Shown here in pieces: positions 10,433-18,363 of a stretch of 32,000 nucleotides of DNA (position 1 is the first letter of the stretch; every line of letters begins with the position of its first letter). The notes beneath the pieces are model-generated. The model was given only the letters and a program-made list of their open reading frames with translations. It made no database searches and was not told where the DNA came from. Origin of the DNA: Nitratidesulfovibrio vulgaris str. Hildenborough (GTDB lineage: Bacteria; Desulfobacterota; Desulfovibrionia; Desulfovibrionales; Desulfovibrionaceae); assembly GCF_000195755.1 (NCBI RefSeq), contig NC_002937.3:1950001-1982000 (forward strand), in the 5' to 3' direction. A program made the position numbers and the translations under genes.

Positions 10433-11332
10433 TCACACGTCCGTCGATGTCCCCCCCTCATCGGGCAACATATCGGGCAACGTACAGGCATGGTCGCGGA
10501 CGAAGCCACATGCGCGCAGCCGCGCACAGTATCCGCCACCACCCAGCGTGGCGAAGCACAGACCGTCGCGCAGACCGGTGAGGGTTATCCTGTCGCCCGA
10601 ACGCAGGGCAATGCCCTCCTGTCCGTCGATGGTGGCATGGACTTCGGTTCCCTGTTCCCGGATGCGGACGGAACAGACAGAACCGCCCCCGAGAACCAGT
10701 GGCGGAAAATTGCCGAGGAACGGACATATGGGTGTGACCGTGAAGGCATCGAGAGCGGGGTCCATGAGCGGCCCGCGCGCAGAGACGGCATAGCCGGTCG
10801 CACCGGTCGGGGTCGATATGATGAGCCCGTCGGCACGCAACCCGGCGAGGCGCTCGCCGTCGACATCGATGTCGAGCGTGATGACCCTCGCCAGCGCGCC
10901 ACGGTTGATGACGACATCGTTGACGGCATCTCCCTGAAAGATCTCGACGCCTCCGCGTTCGACGCCGAAACGAAGTGCCAGCCTGCGTTCGACACGAAGC
11001 GGTGCGGCAAGGAGCCGTTCAAGCGTGGCTGCCCACTCACCGGCGGGCACTTCTGCGAGAAAGCCCACCCGGCCGAGGTTGATGCCCAGCAGGGGCACGC
11101 CTGTTCCGGCAAGACGACGCGCCACGCCAAGCATGGTGCCGTCGCCACCGAGGACGAGGACGAGCCCCGCATCGGCTGCCAGTTGGCGCAGGGGCAGGGC
11201 CTCACCCGGCCCTTCGAGGATACGGCAGGATACGCCGCGACGCGTCAGCCACACGCCGATGTCCTGCGCGAGGTCGAGGGCCGTGGGGTGACCGGGCTTG
11301 GTGACGATGAGTACAGAACGAATGGGATGCAT
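10433..11332 (-). CDS. nadK: NAD kinase
   Basis: 299 aa with the GGDGT motif (LVLVLGGDGTMLGVARR). It also has NRGALARV and ISTPTGATGYAVSARGP blocks typical of NadK/PpnK. Confidence 0.95.
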   Translation of the reverse strand: MHPIRSVLIVTKPGHPTALDLAQDIGVWLTRRGVSCRILEGPGEALPLRQLAADAGLVLVLGGDGTMLGVARRLAGTGVPLLGINLGRVGFLAEVPAGEWAATLERLLAAPLRVERRLALRFGVERGGVEIFQGDAVNDVVINRGALARVITLDIDVDGERLAGLRADGLIISTPTGATGYAVSARGPLMDPALDAFTVTPICPFLGNFPPLVLGGGSVCSVRIREQGTEVHATIDGQEGIALRSGDRITLTGLRDGLCFATLGGGGYCARLRACGFVRDHACTLPDMLPDEGGTSTDV

Positions 11333-11394
11333 GGATGTTCCCTAGTAGAATACGGCCCCGGCTTCAAGGCGAAACCCCGGCCAATCGTGCGGAG

Positions 11395-11421
11395 TTGTCA
11401 CCAGAGGGCATTTGGTATACT
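11395..11421 (+). promoter_or_regulatory. Candidate sigma70 promoter for gmhA (extended -10)
   Basis: TTGTCA (11395-11400), a 15-nt spacer, then TGgTATACT (TG at 11413-11414, TATACT at 11416-11421). It lies about 35-45 nt upstream of the gmhA start, in the divergent nadK/gmhA intergenic region. Pattern match only. Confidence 0.4.
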
Positions 11422-11455
11422 GCCTTGGGGTTCCGTTCCCGGTCGGGGACAGTAG

Positions 11456-12094
11456 ATGGAGGGATACATGACCGAAGAAGCACGCCGCATCGTCATCGAA
11501 CACGCCGTGGAAGGCACTCGCCTGCGCGAGTCCTATTTCAATGGCAATGCCGACAAGGTGGTCGACGGTGCGCGACGTATGGCCGTGACACTGGCAAAGG
11601 GCCACAAACTGCTCTTCTGCGGCAACGGCGGCAGCGCGGCAGACGCGCAGCATCTCGCTGCAGAATTCGTCAACCGCTTCCAGATGGAACGCCCTCCCCT
11701 GCCTGCCATCGCCCTGACCACCGACACCTCCATCATCACGGCCATCGGCAACGACTACAGCTTCGACCAGATTTTCGAGAAGCAGGTGCAGGCACTCGGC
11801 AACGAAGGCGACATGCTCGTGGGCATTTCGACTTCGGGCAACAGCCCCAACGTGGTTCGGGCCATGCATGCCGCCCGCGAACGCGGCCTTGCGACCATGG
11901 GCCTCACCGGTCGCGGCGGTGGCGAGATGGCGGGGCTGTGCGACATCCTCTTCGATGTCGACCACGGTCGCACCGCCCTCGTTCAGGAGGTGCACATCAC
12001 CATTGGGCACCTTCTCTGCGGCCTCACCGATCATTTTCTCTTCGAGAACGTACTCGCCCTCCAGCCGTGGCTGAAGGACGCGACCAACGCATAG
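11456..12094 (+). CDS. gmhA: SIS-domain phosphoheptose isomerase (GmhA/DiaA family)
   Basis: 212 aa with FCGNGGSAADAQHLAAEFVNRF, AIGNDYSFDQIF and GISTSGNSPNV motifs of GmhA. An alternative start is the ATG at 11468, which has GGAGGG 4 nt upstream. Confidence 0.9.
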   Translation: MEGYMTEEARRIVIEHAVEGTRLRESYFNGNADKVVDGARRMAVTLAKGHKLLFCGNGGSAADAQHLAAEFVNRFQMERPPLPAIALTTDTSIITAIGNDYSFDQIFEKQVQALGNEGDMLVGISTSGNSPNVVRAMHAARERGLATMGLTGRGGGEMAGLCDILFDVDHGRTALVQEVHITIGHLLCGLTDHFLFENVLALQPWLKDATNA

Positions 12095-12147
12095 GCATCG
12101 CAGGTGTTCCGTCCATGCGACGGAACCGCCATGCCGGAGGAGACACC

Positions 12148-12372
12148 ATGCCCATCTACGAATATGAATGTCCCAAGTGCGGCAAGCGCTTCGAAGAGAT
12201 CGTCTTCGGTAGCGATGTGCCCGCCTGCCCTGCCTGCGGTAGCGCAGACACCCGCAAGCTGCTCTCGTGTGCCAGCTTCCATGTGCCCGGCGGCGCGCCT
12301 TCGGGTGCATCGTCGTCCGGCGGCAAGAGCTGCTCCGGATGCTCCGGCGGCAACTGCTCCTCCTGCGGCTAG
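12148..12372 (+). CDS. FmdB-family zinc-ribbon protein (CxxC...CxxC) with Cys/Gly/Ser-rich tail
   Basis: 74 aa, MPIYEYECPKCGKRFEEIVFGSDVPACPACGSADTRKLLS, followed by the tail GGAPSGASSSGGKSCSGCSGGNCSSCG. GGAGGAG RBS 6 nt upstream. Only the last 75 codons of the long 11335..12372 ORF are taken as real. Confidence 0.85.
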   Translation: MPIYEYECPKCGKRFEEIVFGSDVPACPACGSADTRKLLSCASFHVPGGAPSGASSSGGKSCSGCSGGNCSSCG

Positions 12373-12408
12373 CACCCTTTTCCTGCCACCCCAACCCGCC
12401 CGAGCACC

Positions 12409-13356
12409 ATGAAGCACCTCGTCATCGCAACCCGCGGCAGCAAGCTCGCCCTCTGGCAGGCCGAACACATCAAGTCCCTCATCGAGACCGAACACGCCGG
12501 CAAGGTCGACGTCTCGCTCAAGATCATCAAGACCAAGGGCGACATCATCCTCGACGTGCCTTTGGCCAAGGTCGGAGGCAAGGGGCTGTTCGTCAAGGAG
12601 ATCGAAGAGGCTCTGCTTGACGGCAGTGCCGACCTCGCCGTGCACAGCATGAAGGACGTGCCCATGGAATTGCCGGAAGGCCTGTTCCTAGGCTGCATCC
12701 CCGAACGGGAGGAACCGTCCGACACGCTGCTTTCCGTCCGGTACGCAAGCCTCGACGCCCTGCCCCACGGCGCACGGGTAGGCACCAGCAGCCTGCGCCG
12801 CCAGTCGCAGCTACTCGCACTGCGCCCCGACCTCGACATCATCTCGTTGCGCGGCAACGTCGACACACGCCTGCGCAAGCTCATGGATGGCGAATTCGAC
12901 GCCATCGTCATGGCCACTGCCGGTCTCAAGCGCCTTGGCCTTGCGGCACCGCATCACGAGGTGCTTGCCCCGCCCCGCTTCCTCCCCGCTGTGGGTCAGG
13001 GGGCACTGGGCATCGAATTCCGCGAGGACAGGGCAGACCTGCGTGACATGCTGGCCTTCCTCGACCACAGGCCCACACGCATCCGCGTCGAAGCCGAACG
13101 GGGATTCCTCGCCGGGCTTGAAGGCGGCTGTCAGGTGCCCATCGCCGGACATGCCGTCATGACGGGCGACGACAACTTCCGCATCGAAGGCCTTGTCGCC
13201 GACCTGAAGGGTGAACGGGTCATCCGCCGCACGCTTGAAGGAACCGGCGCCAACGCCCGCAACCGGGGGCTTGAACTGGCGTCGCAGGTGCTGGCCGACG
13301 GCGCAGCCGAAATCCTCGACGAGGTGTACGCCTCCGGCGCAGCCGACAGGCAGTAG
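12409..13356 (+). CDS. hemC: Porphobilinogen deaminase (hydroxymethylbilane synthase)
   Basis: 315 aa with [46 protein letters not shown] and [11 protein letters not shown] (cofactor Cys) motifs. Confidence 0.97.
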   Translation: MKHLVIATRGSKLALWQAEHIKSLIETEHAGKVDVSLKIIKTKGDIILDVPLAKVGGKGLFVKEIEEALLDGSADLAVHSMKDVPMELPEGLFLGCIPEREEPSDTLLSVRYASLDALPHGARVGTSSLRRQSQLLALRPDLDIISLRGNVDTRLRKLMDGEFDAIVMATAGLKRLGLAAPHHEVLAPPRFLPAVGQGALGIEFREDRADLRDMLAFLDHRPTRIRVEAERGFLAGLEGGCQVPIAGHAVMTGDDNFRIEGLVADLKGERVIRRTLEGTGANARNRGLELASQVLADGAAEILDEVYASGAADRQ

Positions 13357-13603
13357 CCCCGAAGCAGCCCGGCGCACCCGCGGCCCATCCCATCATCGTA
13401 GCGTGGCGGTGACAGCTGCCCCGCGTGGTGTGGTGGCCGTAGGAAGATGACCACCTGCATCCGCAGCTTCCGGTGTGCACTGGTGCATGGGACAGCATAT
13501 TGGGGTTTAAAAGGCTACATCAGGGGTGCGCCAGCCCCTTCGCCCCAGTACGCCACGCACGGTGCGCCATGCACGGTACCACAGCGGATGACGTATGCAC
13601 ACA

Positions 13604-13638
13604 AAGGCCCTTCCCTGTGATATACAGGGAAGGGCCTT
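13604..13638. terminator. Perfect 14-bp hairpin, candidate bidirectional terminator between convergent hemC and the DUF2064 gene
   Basis: aaggcccttccctg (13604-13617), loop tgatata, cagggaagggcctt (13625-13638). It is followed by TTCTTCGTATTC on the plus strand and by TTTGTGTG on the minus strand. Confidence 0.6.
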
Positions 13639-13698
13639 CTTCGTATTCGCTAACCCGGTGTGGTGCAGGGTATCAAGCCACACAGCCGCAGCCGTGGT

Positions 13699-14433
13699 CT
13701 ACCCCGCAACCTCGCGACTGCTGCGGTCGACGCGTGGCAGGTCGATGTCGTAACGGCGCAACAACTCGTCGTGCTCGCGCAATGCGGCATACGATGCCGT
13801 CAGACGGAAGGAACTGTTGCGGTTGTTGCGGTAGAGCACGTTGAGGTCCCACATGGTGTCCACGTCATTCCAGTCGGGCAGGCGCAGGGTGTCGCACCGT
13901 GCCTCCTGTAGCCGTTCGCGCGTCACCTCGAAGACCTCGGGGGTGCTCCATGCGATGCCATCGAAGACATCAGGCCTGTAGGTATCGCGGCGGAAGCCGA
14001 TGAGGTAGTAGCCCCCGTCATTGGCAGGGCCTATCACCACATCGTGCTGGTGCAGGTCGTCAAGCGCCTTCTGCACAAGCTCATGCGGGTAGTCGGGCAC
14101 GTCACTGCCCATCAACACCACCCGCTCATACCCGGCGGCGAACGCCTCGTCGAAGGCGTGGCGCATCCGCACGCCCAGGTCGCTGCCGACTTGCGGCAGG
14201 TAACGGTGTTGCGGCCCCAGCCATTCCTTGAAACGACGCGCCGTGGCCTCGTCGCCGGGGGCATGCATCACCCGCAGGTCGGCCTGCACCCGGCCCAGTT
14301 CCAGCATGAGGTCCTGTACGAAATGGCGGTACAGCGCCGCGGCATTCTCATGCCCGAGCACCTCGCCAAGGCGCGTCTTGACGGTTCCGGGGTCGGGATA
14401 CTTCACGAAGAACAGCACACAGGTGTCACTCAT
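13699..14433 (-). CDS. DUF2064-family nucleotidyl/glycosyl-transferase-like protein (TIGR04282-type, transferase 1 of the rSAM/selenodomain-associated pair)
   Basis: Family signature FFVKYPDPGTVKTRL near the N-terminus, plus LMGSDVPD and GPANDGGYYLIG. I prefer the ATG at 14433 (MSDTCVLFF), which forms an ATGA overlap with the stop of the upstream GT2 gene. The ORF-track start at 14460 would overlap by 31 nt. Confidence 0.85.
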   Translation of the reverse strand: MSDTCVLFFVKYPDPGTVKTRLGEVLGHENAAALYRHFVQDLMLELGRVQADLRVMHAPGDEATARRFKEWLGPQHRYLPQVGSDLGVRMRHAFDEAFAAGYERVVLMGSDVPDYPHELVQKALDDLHQHDVVIGPANDGGYYLIGFRRDTYRPDVFDGIAWSTPEVFEVTRERLQEARCDTLRLPDWNDVDTMWDLNVLYRNNRNSSFRLTASYAALREHDELLRRYDIDLPRVDRSSREVAG

Positions 14434-15179
14434 GGTCGTTCCTTGTGGGCGCGATACCATCGCGAGAGCGCGTGCGCCGGTACGCCCAGGGCATACAGCA
14501 GGCGCAGGCAGAGGTTACGCAGGGTACATCGCAGGGGCCCTTCGACGAACCATCGCCGGGCCGACGTCTCCACCCTGCCGGGCAGGATGACGATGCGCTC
14601 GCCCGCCTTGCGCAGACGCCGCATCACCTCCACATCTTCCATCAACGGCTGGTCGGGATAGCCACCGACAGCCCTGAACAGTGCTGCATCGAAAAACTGG
14701 GCCTGATCACCATATGGTGTACGCACAAGGCGGTTGCGCCAGCAGGCCAGGCGCTCGACAAGACGAAACCAGAGGCCCGTCGCGGCGATACCCAGCCTGA
14801 ATGCCCCGGCGCGAATCCCCGCTTGTCGCGCGCGGCGCAACAGCGTGAAGGCCTCGGGCGGCAAGTGCGTATCCGCGTGCAGGAAAAGCAGTGTCTCCCC
14901 CCGCGCCTTGCCAGCCCCGGCATTCATCTGCCGGGCACGCCCCGGACATGAGGCGACCGCCGTGCAACATCCTTCGGGCAACGCCGCGAGGGTATCGCGC
15001 TCTTTCGCGCCGTCGGCGACGACGACCTCCACCTCCATACCGCACCGTGCCGCCACGTGGCGCACATGTGCGACCTGCGCCGCTATCGTCACGGCCTCGT
15101 GCAATACGGGAATGACCACGCTGCACCAGGGACGGGCCGTGGAGTCTGGGCCATCAGGATGAGGAAGCACGTCCGGCAT
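14430..15179 (-). CDS. Family-2 glycosyltransferase-like protein (TIGR04283-type, transferase 2 of the rSAM/selenodomain-associated pair)
   Basis: 249 aa. CSVVIPVLHEA...VVVADG...ARQMNAGA...LLFLHADT...TPYGDQAQF...PLMEDVEVMRRL matches the GT2 fold pattern. It is directly coupled to the DUF2064 gene. Confidence 0.82.
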   Translation of the reverse strand: MPDVLPHPDGPDSTARPWCSVVIPVLHEAVTIAAQVAHVRHVAARCGMEVEVVVADGAKERDTLAALPEGCCTAVASCPGRARQMNAGAGKARGETLLFLHADTHLPPEAFTLLRRARQAGIRAGAFRLGIAATGLWFRLVERLACWRNRLVRTPYGDQAQFFDAALFRAVGGYPDQPLMEDVEVMRRLRKAGERIVILPGRVETSARRWFVEGPLRCTLRNLCLRLLYALGVPAHALSRWYRAHKERP

Positions 15180-15306
15180 GGGGCATCATAGCCAACCTCG
15201 GCCCTCAAGACAAACGGTGCACGGCTGGTGACAACCGGGCTTCAAAAAGCTAAAGTCTGCGGTCGGTCTGTCTTGACAGGCCCAGTACAGAGCACATAGG
15301 AGCATC

Positions 15307-17727
15307 ATGGCCAGGCTATCCCCCCTTCCGGCACGACGTCTGCGGGCGACTCTCGACCCTGCCCGCATCCACTGGGAAACCAGCGACGGCATCCCCCGCA
15401 ACGGACACAGGCGACCGCCGCAACCCCGCGCCCTGCAGGCACTCGAACTTGCCCTGCACATCCGCGATGGTGGCTACAACGTCTATCTGTCGGGTGAGCC
15501 CAATCTGGGACGCACCTACATGCTGCGCGAGTTTCTCGCACCGCGTACCAGAAAGTCGCCGACCCCGCCCGACCTTGTCTATGTGAACAATTTCGACGAC
15601 CCCGACAGGCCGCGCCTCATCGAGTTGCCAGCGGGGCAGGGGCGCAAGTTGCGTGCGGCGCTCATCCAGGCACTCTCGCGCATCCGCAAGGAAATCCCCT
15701 CGCGGTTCGAGAACCACGCCGTGGTGAAGAAGCGTGCGGCATTGCTCGACAAATTCCAGACCGTGCGCTCGCGCCTGTTCAAGAAGATGGACGACGTGGC
15801 CACCACGCAGGGCTTCAACCTCGACATGGACGACCAGGGCAGCCTCACGCTGTATCCCGTCATCGAGGGAAAGCGGCTGAGTGAAGAGGAGTTCGACAAG
15901 CTCGACAACGGGTTGCGTCAATCCCTCAAGCTCAAGGGCGACAAGCTGCTGCAGGCCATGACCGGCCTGATGCGCCAGCTTACGCGTGCCGAACAGGACT
16001 TCATCGAAGACGAACGTTCCCTCGAACGCGAGGTCGCCCGCAACGTCCTCGACGCGGTGCTCACCCCCGTTGCGGAACGGTTCGCCAAGGCGTGCCCGGG
16101 CAAGGACCTTCCCGCCTTCTTCGCCGCCCTGCGTGACGACATCATCGAGAACCTCGAAGGCTTCGTGCACCGTGATGCAGGCCTGCCCCATCAGGCGGCA
16201 TCGGGTGGGGACACACCGCCGTCCCCGTTCGACGAATACCGCTACGACGTCAACCTCTTCGTGGACAACAGCGCCACCACCGGGGCGCCCATCATCGTTG
16301 ACGACCACCCCACGCCCTCCAATCTTCTGGGCTGCGTCGAGCGCGAATCGGAAATGGGGGCACTGGTCACCGATTTCACCCTCATCAAGGCAGGGTCGAT
16401 ACACAAGGCCAATGGCGGCTTTCTCGTGCTGCACATGGAGGACATCCTCCAGCATCCGGCTGCGTGGGAAGGGCTGCTGCGCGCCCTGCGTTCGGGAAGC
16501 GCACGCATCGAAGACCCGGGTGACGGTCAGGACACCACCAAGACCAAAGGTATCGAACCTGAACCGCTCACGTTGCGACTCAAGGTCGTACTCATCGGCA
16601 CCGAAGACCTCTACGAGGCCCTGCTTGAAAGCGACGACCGCTTCCCCAAGCTCTTCAAGCTCAAGGCGCACCTCAACGACGCCACGGAACGCAACGCCGA
16701 GGGCATCCGCATCTATACCCACCGCATGGCCCGCATCATCGACGAGGCCGGTCTCCTGCCCTTCGACCGTGAGGCGATGGCTGGCCTCGTGGACTTCGGG
16801 TCACGCATCATCGAAGACCAGCGCAAGCTTTCGCTGAAGTTTCCCCTCGTGCGGGAACTCATGCTGGAAGCCTCGGCCCATGCCGCCATGCGCGGCAAGA
16901 AGCTGGTCGACAGAGCTGTCCTCGATGAAGCCCTGCAGGGGCGCGTATACCGCGCGAACCTCTACGAAGAGCACTTCATGGAGGAATACGACCGCGAACT
17001 CATCAAGGTGAAGACCGACGGTGAGGCCGTGGGACGCGTCAACGGCCTTTCGGTCACGTGGTACGGCAACTTCGAATTCGGTCTGCCGCACCAGATTTCG
17101 GGCACCGTGGGCGTCGGGCACGGGGGTATCATCGACCTCGAACGCGAGGCGGAACTTGGCGGCCCCATCCACACCAAGGCCATGATGATCCTGAAGAGCT
17201 ACCTCGTAGACCAGTTCGCGCGCAACAAGCCGCTGGTGCTCACGGGCAGCCTGTGCTTCGAACAGAGCTACGCGGGCATCGAAGGCGACTCCGCCTCCGG
17301 CGCCGAGCTTGCGGCCCTGCTCTCGGCCATATCGGGGGTGCCCATAAAGCTCTCGCTGGCGTTCACCGGCGCGGTGAGCCAGTCCGGCCAGATCATGGCC
17401 GTTGGCGGCGTCACCCGCAAGATCGAAGGGTTCTTCGAGGTCTGTTGCAGACGCGGTCTCACCGGTAGCCAAGGGGTCATCATCCCGCAGGACAACGTCG
17501 ACCACCTCATGCTCAAGCAGGATATCGTCGACGCCGTGGAGCAAGGGCGCTTCGCCATCTACCCCGTCGGGCATATCACCGACGCGCTTGAGCTGCTGAC
17601 CGGGCTACAGGCCGGAAGGCTCCGCAAGAACGGCAAGTTCACACCCGGTTCGCTCTATGACCGGGTAGACCGGCGGCTGGACGAACTCGGCAGACAGGCC
17701 GAGCACGCGTTCAAGAAACGTCGCTAG
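15307..17727 (+). CDS. Lon-like protease, long form (AAA+-like N-terminal region with helical insertion + Lon proteolytic domain; COG1067 type)
   Basis: 806 aa. Nucleotide-loop-like GEPNLGRT (15493-15516). C-terminal Lon protease domain with catalytic-Ser context IEGDSASGAELAALLSAISG and Lys context VGGVTRKIEGFF. AGGAG RBS 5 nt upstream of the ATG. Confidence 0.88.
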   Translation: MARLSPLPARRLRATLDPARIHWETSDGIPRNGHRRPPQPRALQALELALHIRDGGYNVYLSGEPNLGRTYMLREFLAPRTRKSPTPPDLVYVNNFDDPDRPRLIELPAGQGRKLRAALIQALSRIRKEIPSRFENHAVVKKRAALLDKFQTVRSRLFKKMDDVATTQGFNLDMDDQGSLTLYPVIEGKRLSEEEFDKLDNGLRQSLKLKGDKLLQAMTGLMRQLTRAEQDFIEDERSLEREVARNVLDAVLTPVAERFAKACPGKDLPAFFAALRDDIIENLEGFVHRDAGLPHQAASGGDTPPSPFDEYRYDVNLFVDNSATTGAPIIVDDHPTPSNLLGCVERESEMGALVTDFTLIKAGSIHKANGGFLVLHMEDILQHPAAWEGLLRALRSGSARIEDPGDGQDTTKTKGIEPEPLTLRLKVVLIGTEDLYEALLESDDRFPKLFKLKAHLNDATERNAEGIRIYTHRMARIIDEAGLLPFDREAMAGLVDFGSRIIEDQRKLSLKFPLVRELMLEASAHAAMRGKKLVDRAVLDEALQGRVYRANLYEEHFMEEYDRELIKVKTDGEAVGRVNGLSVTWYGNFEFGLPHQISGTVGVGHGGIIDLEREAELGGPIHTKAMMILKSYLVDQFARNKPLVLTGSLCFEQSYAGIEGDSASGAELAALLSAISGVPIKLSLAFTGAVSQSGQIMAVGGVTRKIEGFFEVCCRRGLTGSQGVIIPQDNVDHLMLKQDIVDAVEQGRFAIYPVGHITDALELLTGLQAGRLRKNGKFTPGSLYDRVDRRLDELGRQAEHAFKKRR

Positions 17728-17777
17728 CGTAGAAGAGAAGCAGTTCATCGCGCCATCCCCTTTCCTGCCCCGGAGAC

Positions 17778-17812
17778 AGACAAAACGGCAGCCCATGCAG
17801 ATGGGCTGCCGT
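17778..17812 (-). terminator. Perfect 12-bp hairpin; best read as a terminator for the minus-strand small gene, and possibly also for the Lon-like gene
   Basis: acggcagcccat (17785-17796), loop gcag, atgggctgccgt (17801-17812). The minus strand continues TTTTGTCTGTCTCC (T-rich). The plus-strand tail CTACGTATAT is poor. It lies 58 nt after the Lon-like stop. Confidence 0.6.
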
Positions 17813-17937
17813 CTACGTATATGGACTCAAGCCGATGGTCGGCAAGAAAACGACGTGTTCCCGGACAAGACGCCCTTGTAGCCACAGCGCCTCCGGCACG
17901 AGAGGACCACGTCCGTGAGGATTGCCGTGACGGATGC

Positions 17938-18132
17938 CTACAACTGTTCTGAGGAAGGAGTCGATGGCGTACACAGCGCCTTTCTGGGCAGGGCGATGGT
18001 CTCCGCACAATGGGGGCATACCAGCGAAACAGTCCCGGCTGTGCCCTGAACGCCCTTTGAACGATAGAGAAAGACCTTGCTACAGTAGGGGCAGCGCACC
18101 TTCTTCGCGTCAGCGCCGGTGGGGTTGGGCAT
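17938..18132 (-). CDS. Small zinc-ribbon protein (CxxC-N22-CxxC), unknown function
   Basis: MPNPTGADAKKVRCPYCSKVFLYRSKGVQGTAGTVSLVCPHCAETIALP... I prefer the ATG at 18132 (GGAGG 9 nt upstream). The ORF track begins at a GTG at 18156. High GC3 in the first half. A terminator hairpin lies downstream on the same strand. Confidence 0.55.
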   Translation of the reverse strand: MPNPTGADAKKVRCPYCSKVFLYRSKGVQGTAGTVSLVCPHCAETIALPRKALCTPSTPSSEQL

Positions 18133-18363
18133 CAGTGACATCCTCCATTCGCACACCCTACATCCTCTGACACACGACTAGCAAGAGGCACGGTCGCCCA
18201 CCAATGGCTGGCAGGGCTCAAGTCCCTCCACCAACGCAAGGCCACACCGGTTCATCGGTGCAGGAAACAGCCTTGCAGGATGTGGCTGACCGCCTCTTTC
18301 GCACACGGCCCACCCGGTCTCGCGCCTTGACGCACTGCCCAGCGAAGCCTACAACCTCCGGAC

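Noticed and set aside
11335-12147. Upstream 270 codons of the 345-aa plus-strand ORF (and the 350-aa antisense ORF at 11342-12394)
   Set aside because: They overlap gmhA in other frames. Only the terminal 74 codons, with their own GGAGGAG RBS, form the FmdB-like gene.
15273-15278. TTGACA upstream of the Lon-like gene as a sigma70 -35 box
   Set aside because: The only -10-like hexamer at correct spacing (ATAGGA) would place the TSS at or after the RBS. It is not convincing.
15316-16722. 468-aa minus-strand ORF
   Set aside because: It is antisense to the Lon-like gene, which has clear family motifs. Composition is typical of a GC-rich shadow ORF.
15307-17727. Idea that the Lon-like protease marks a BREX-type phage-defence island (BrxL-like)
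   Set aside because: No methyltransferase, PglZ, BrxC or other defence partners are within the window. The neighbours are housekeeping or transferase genes.
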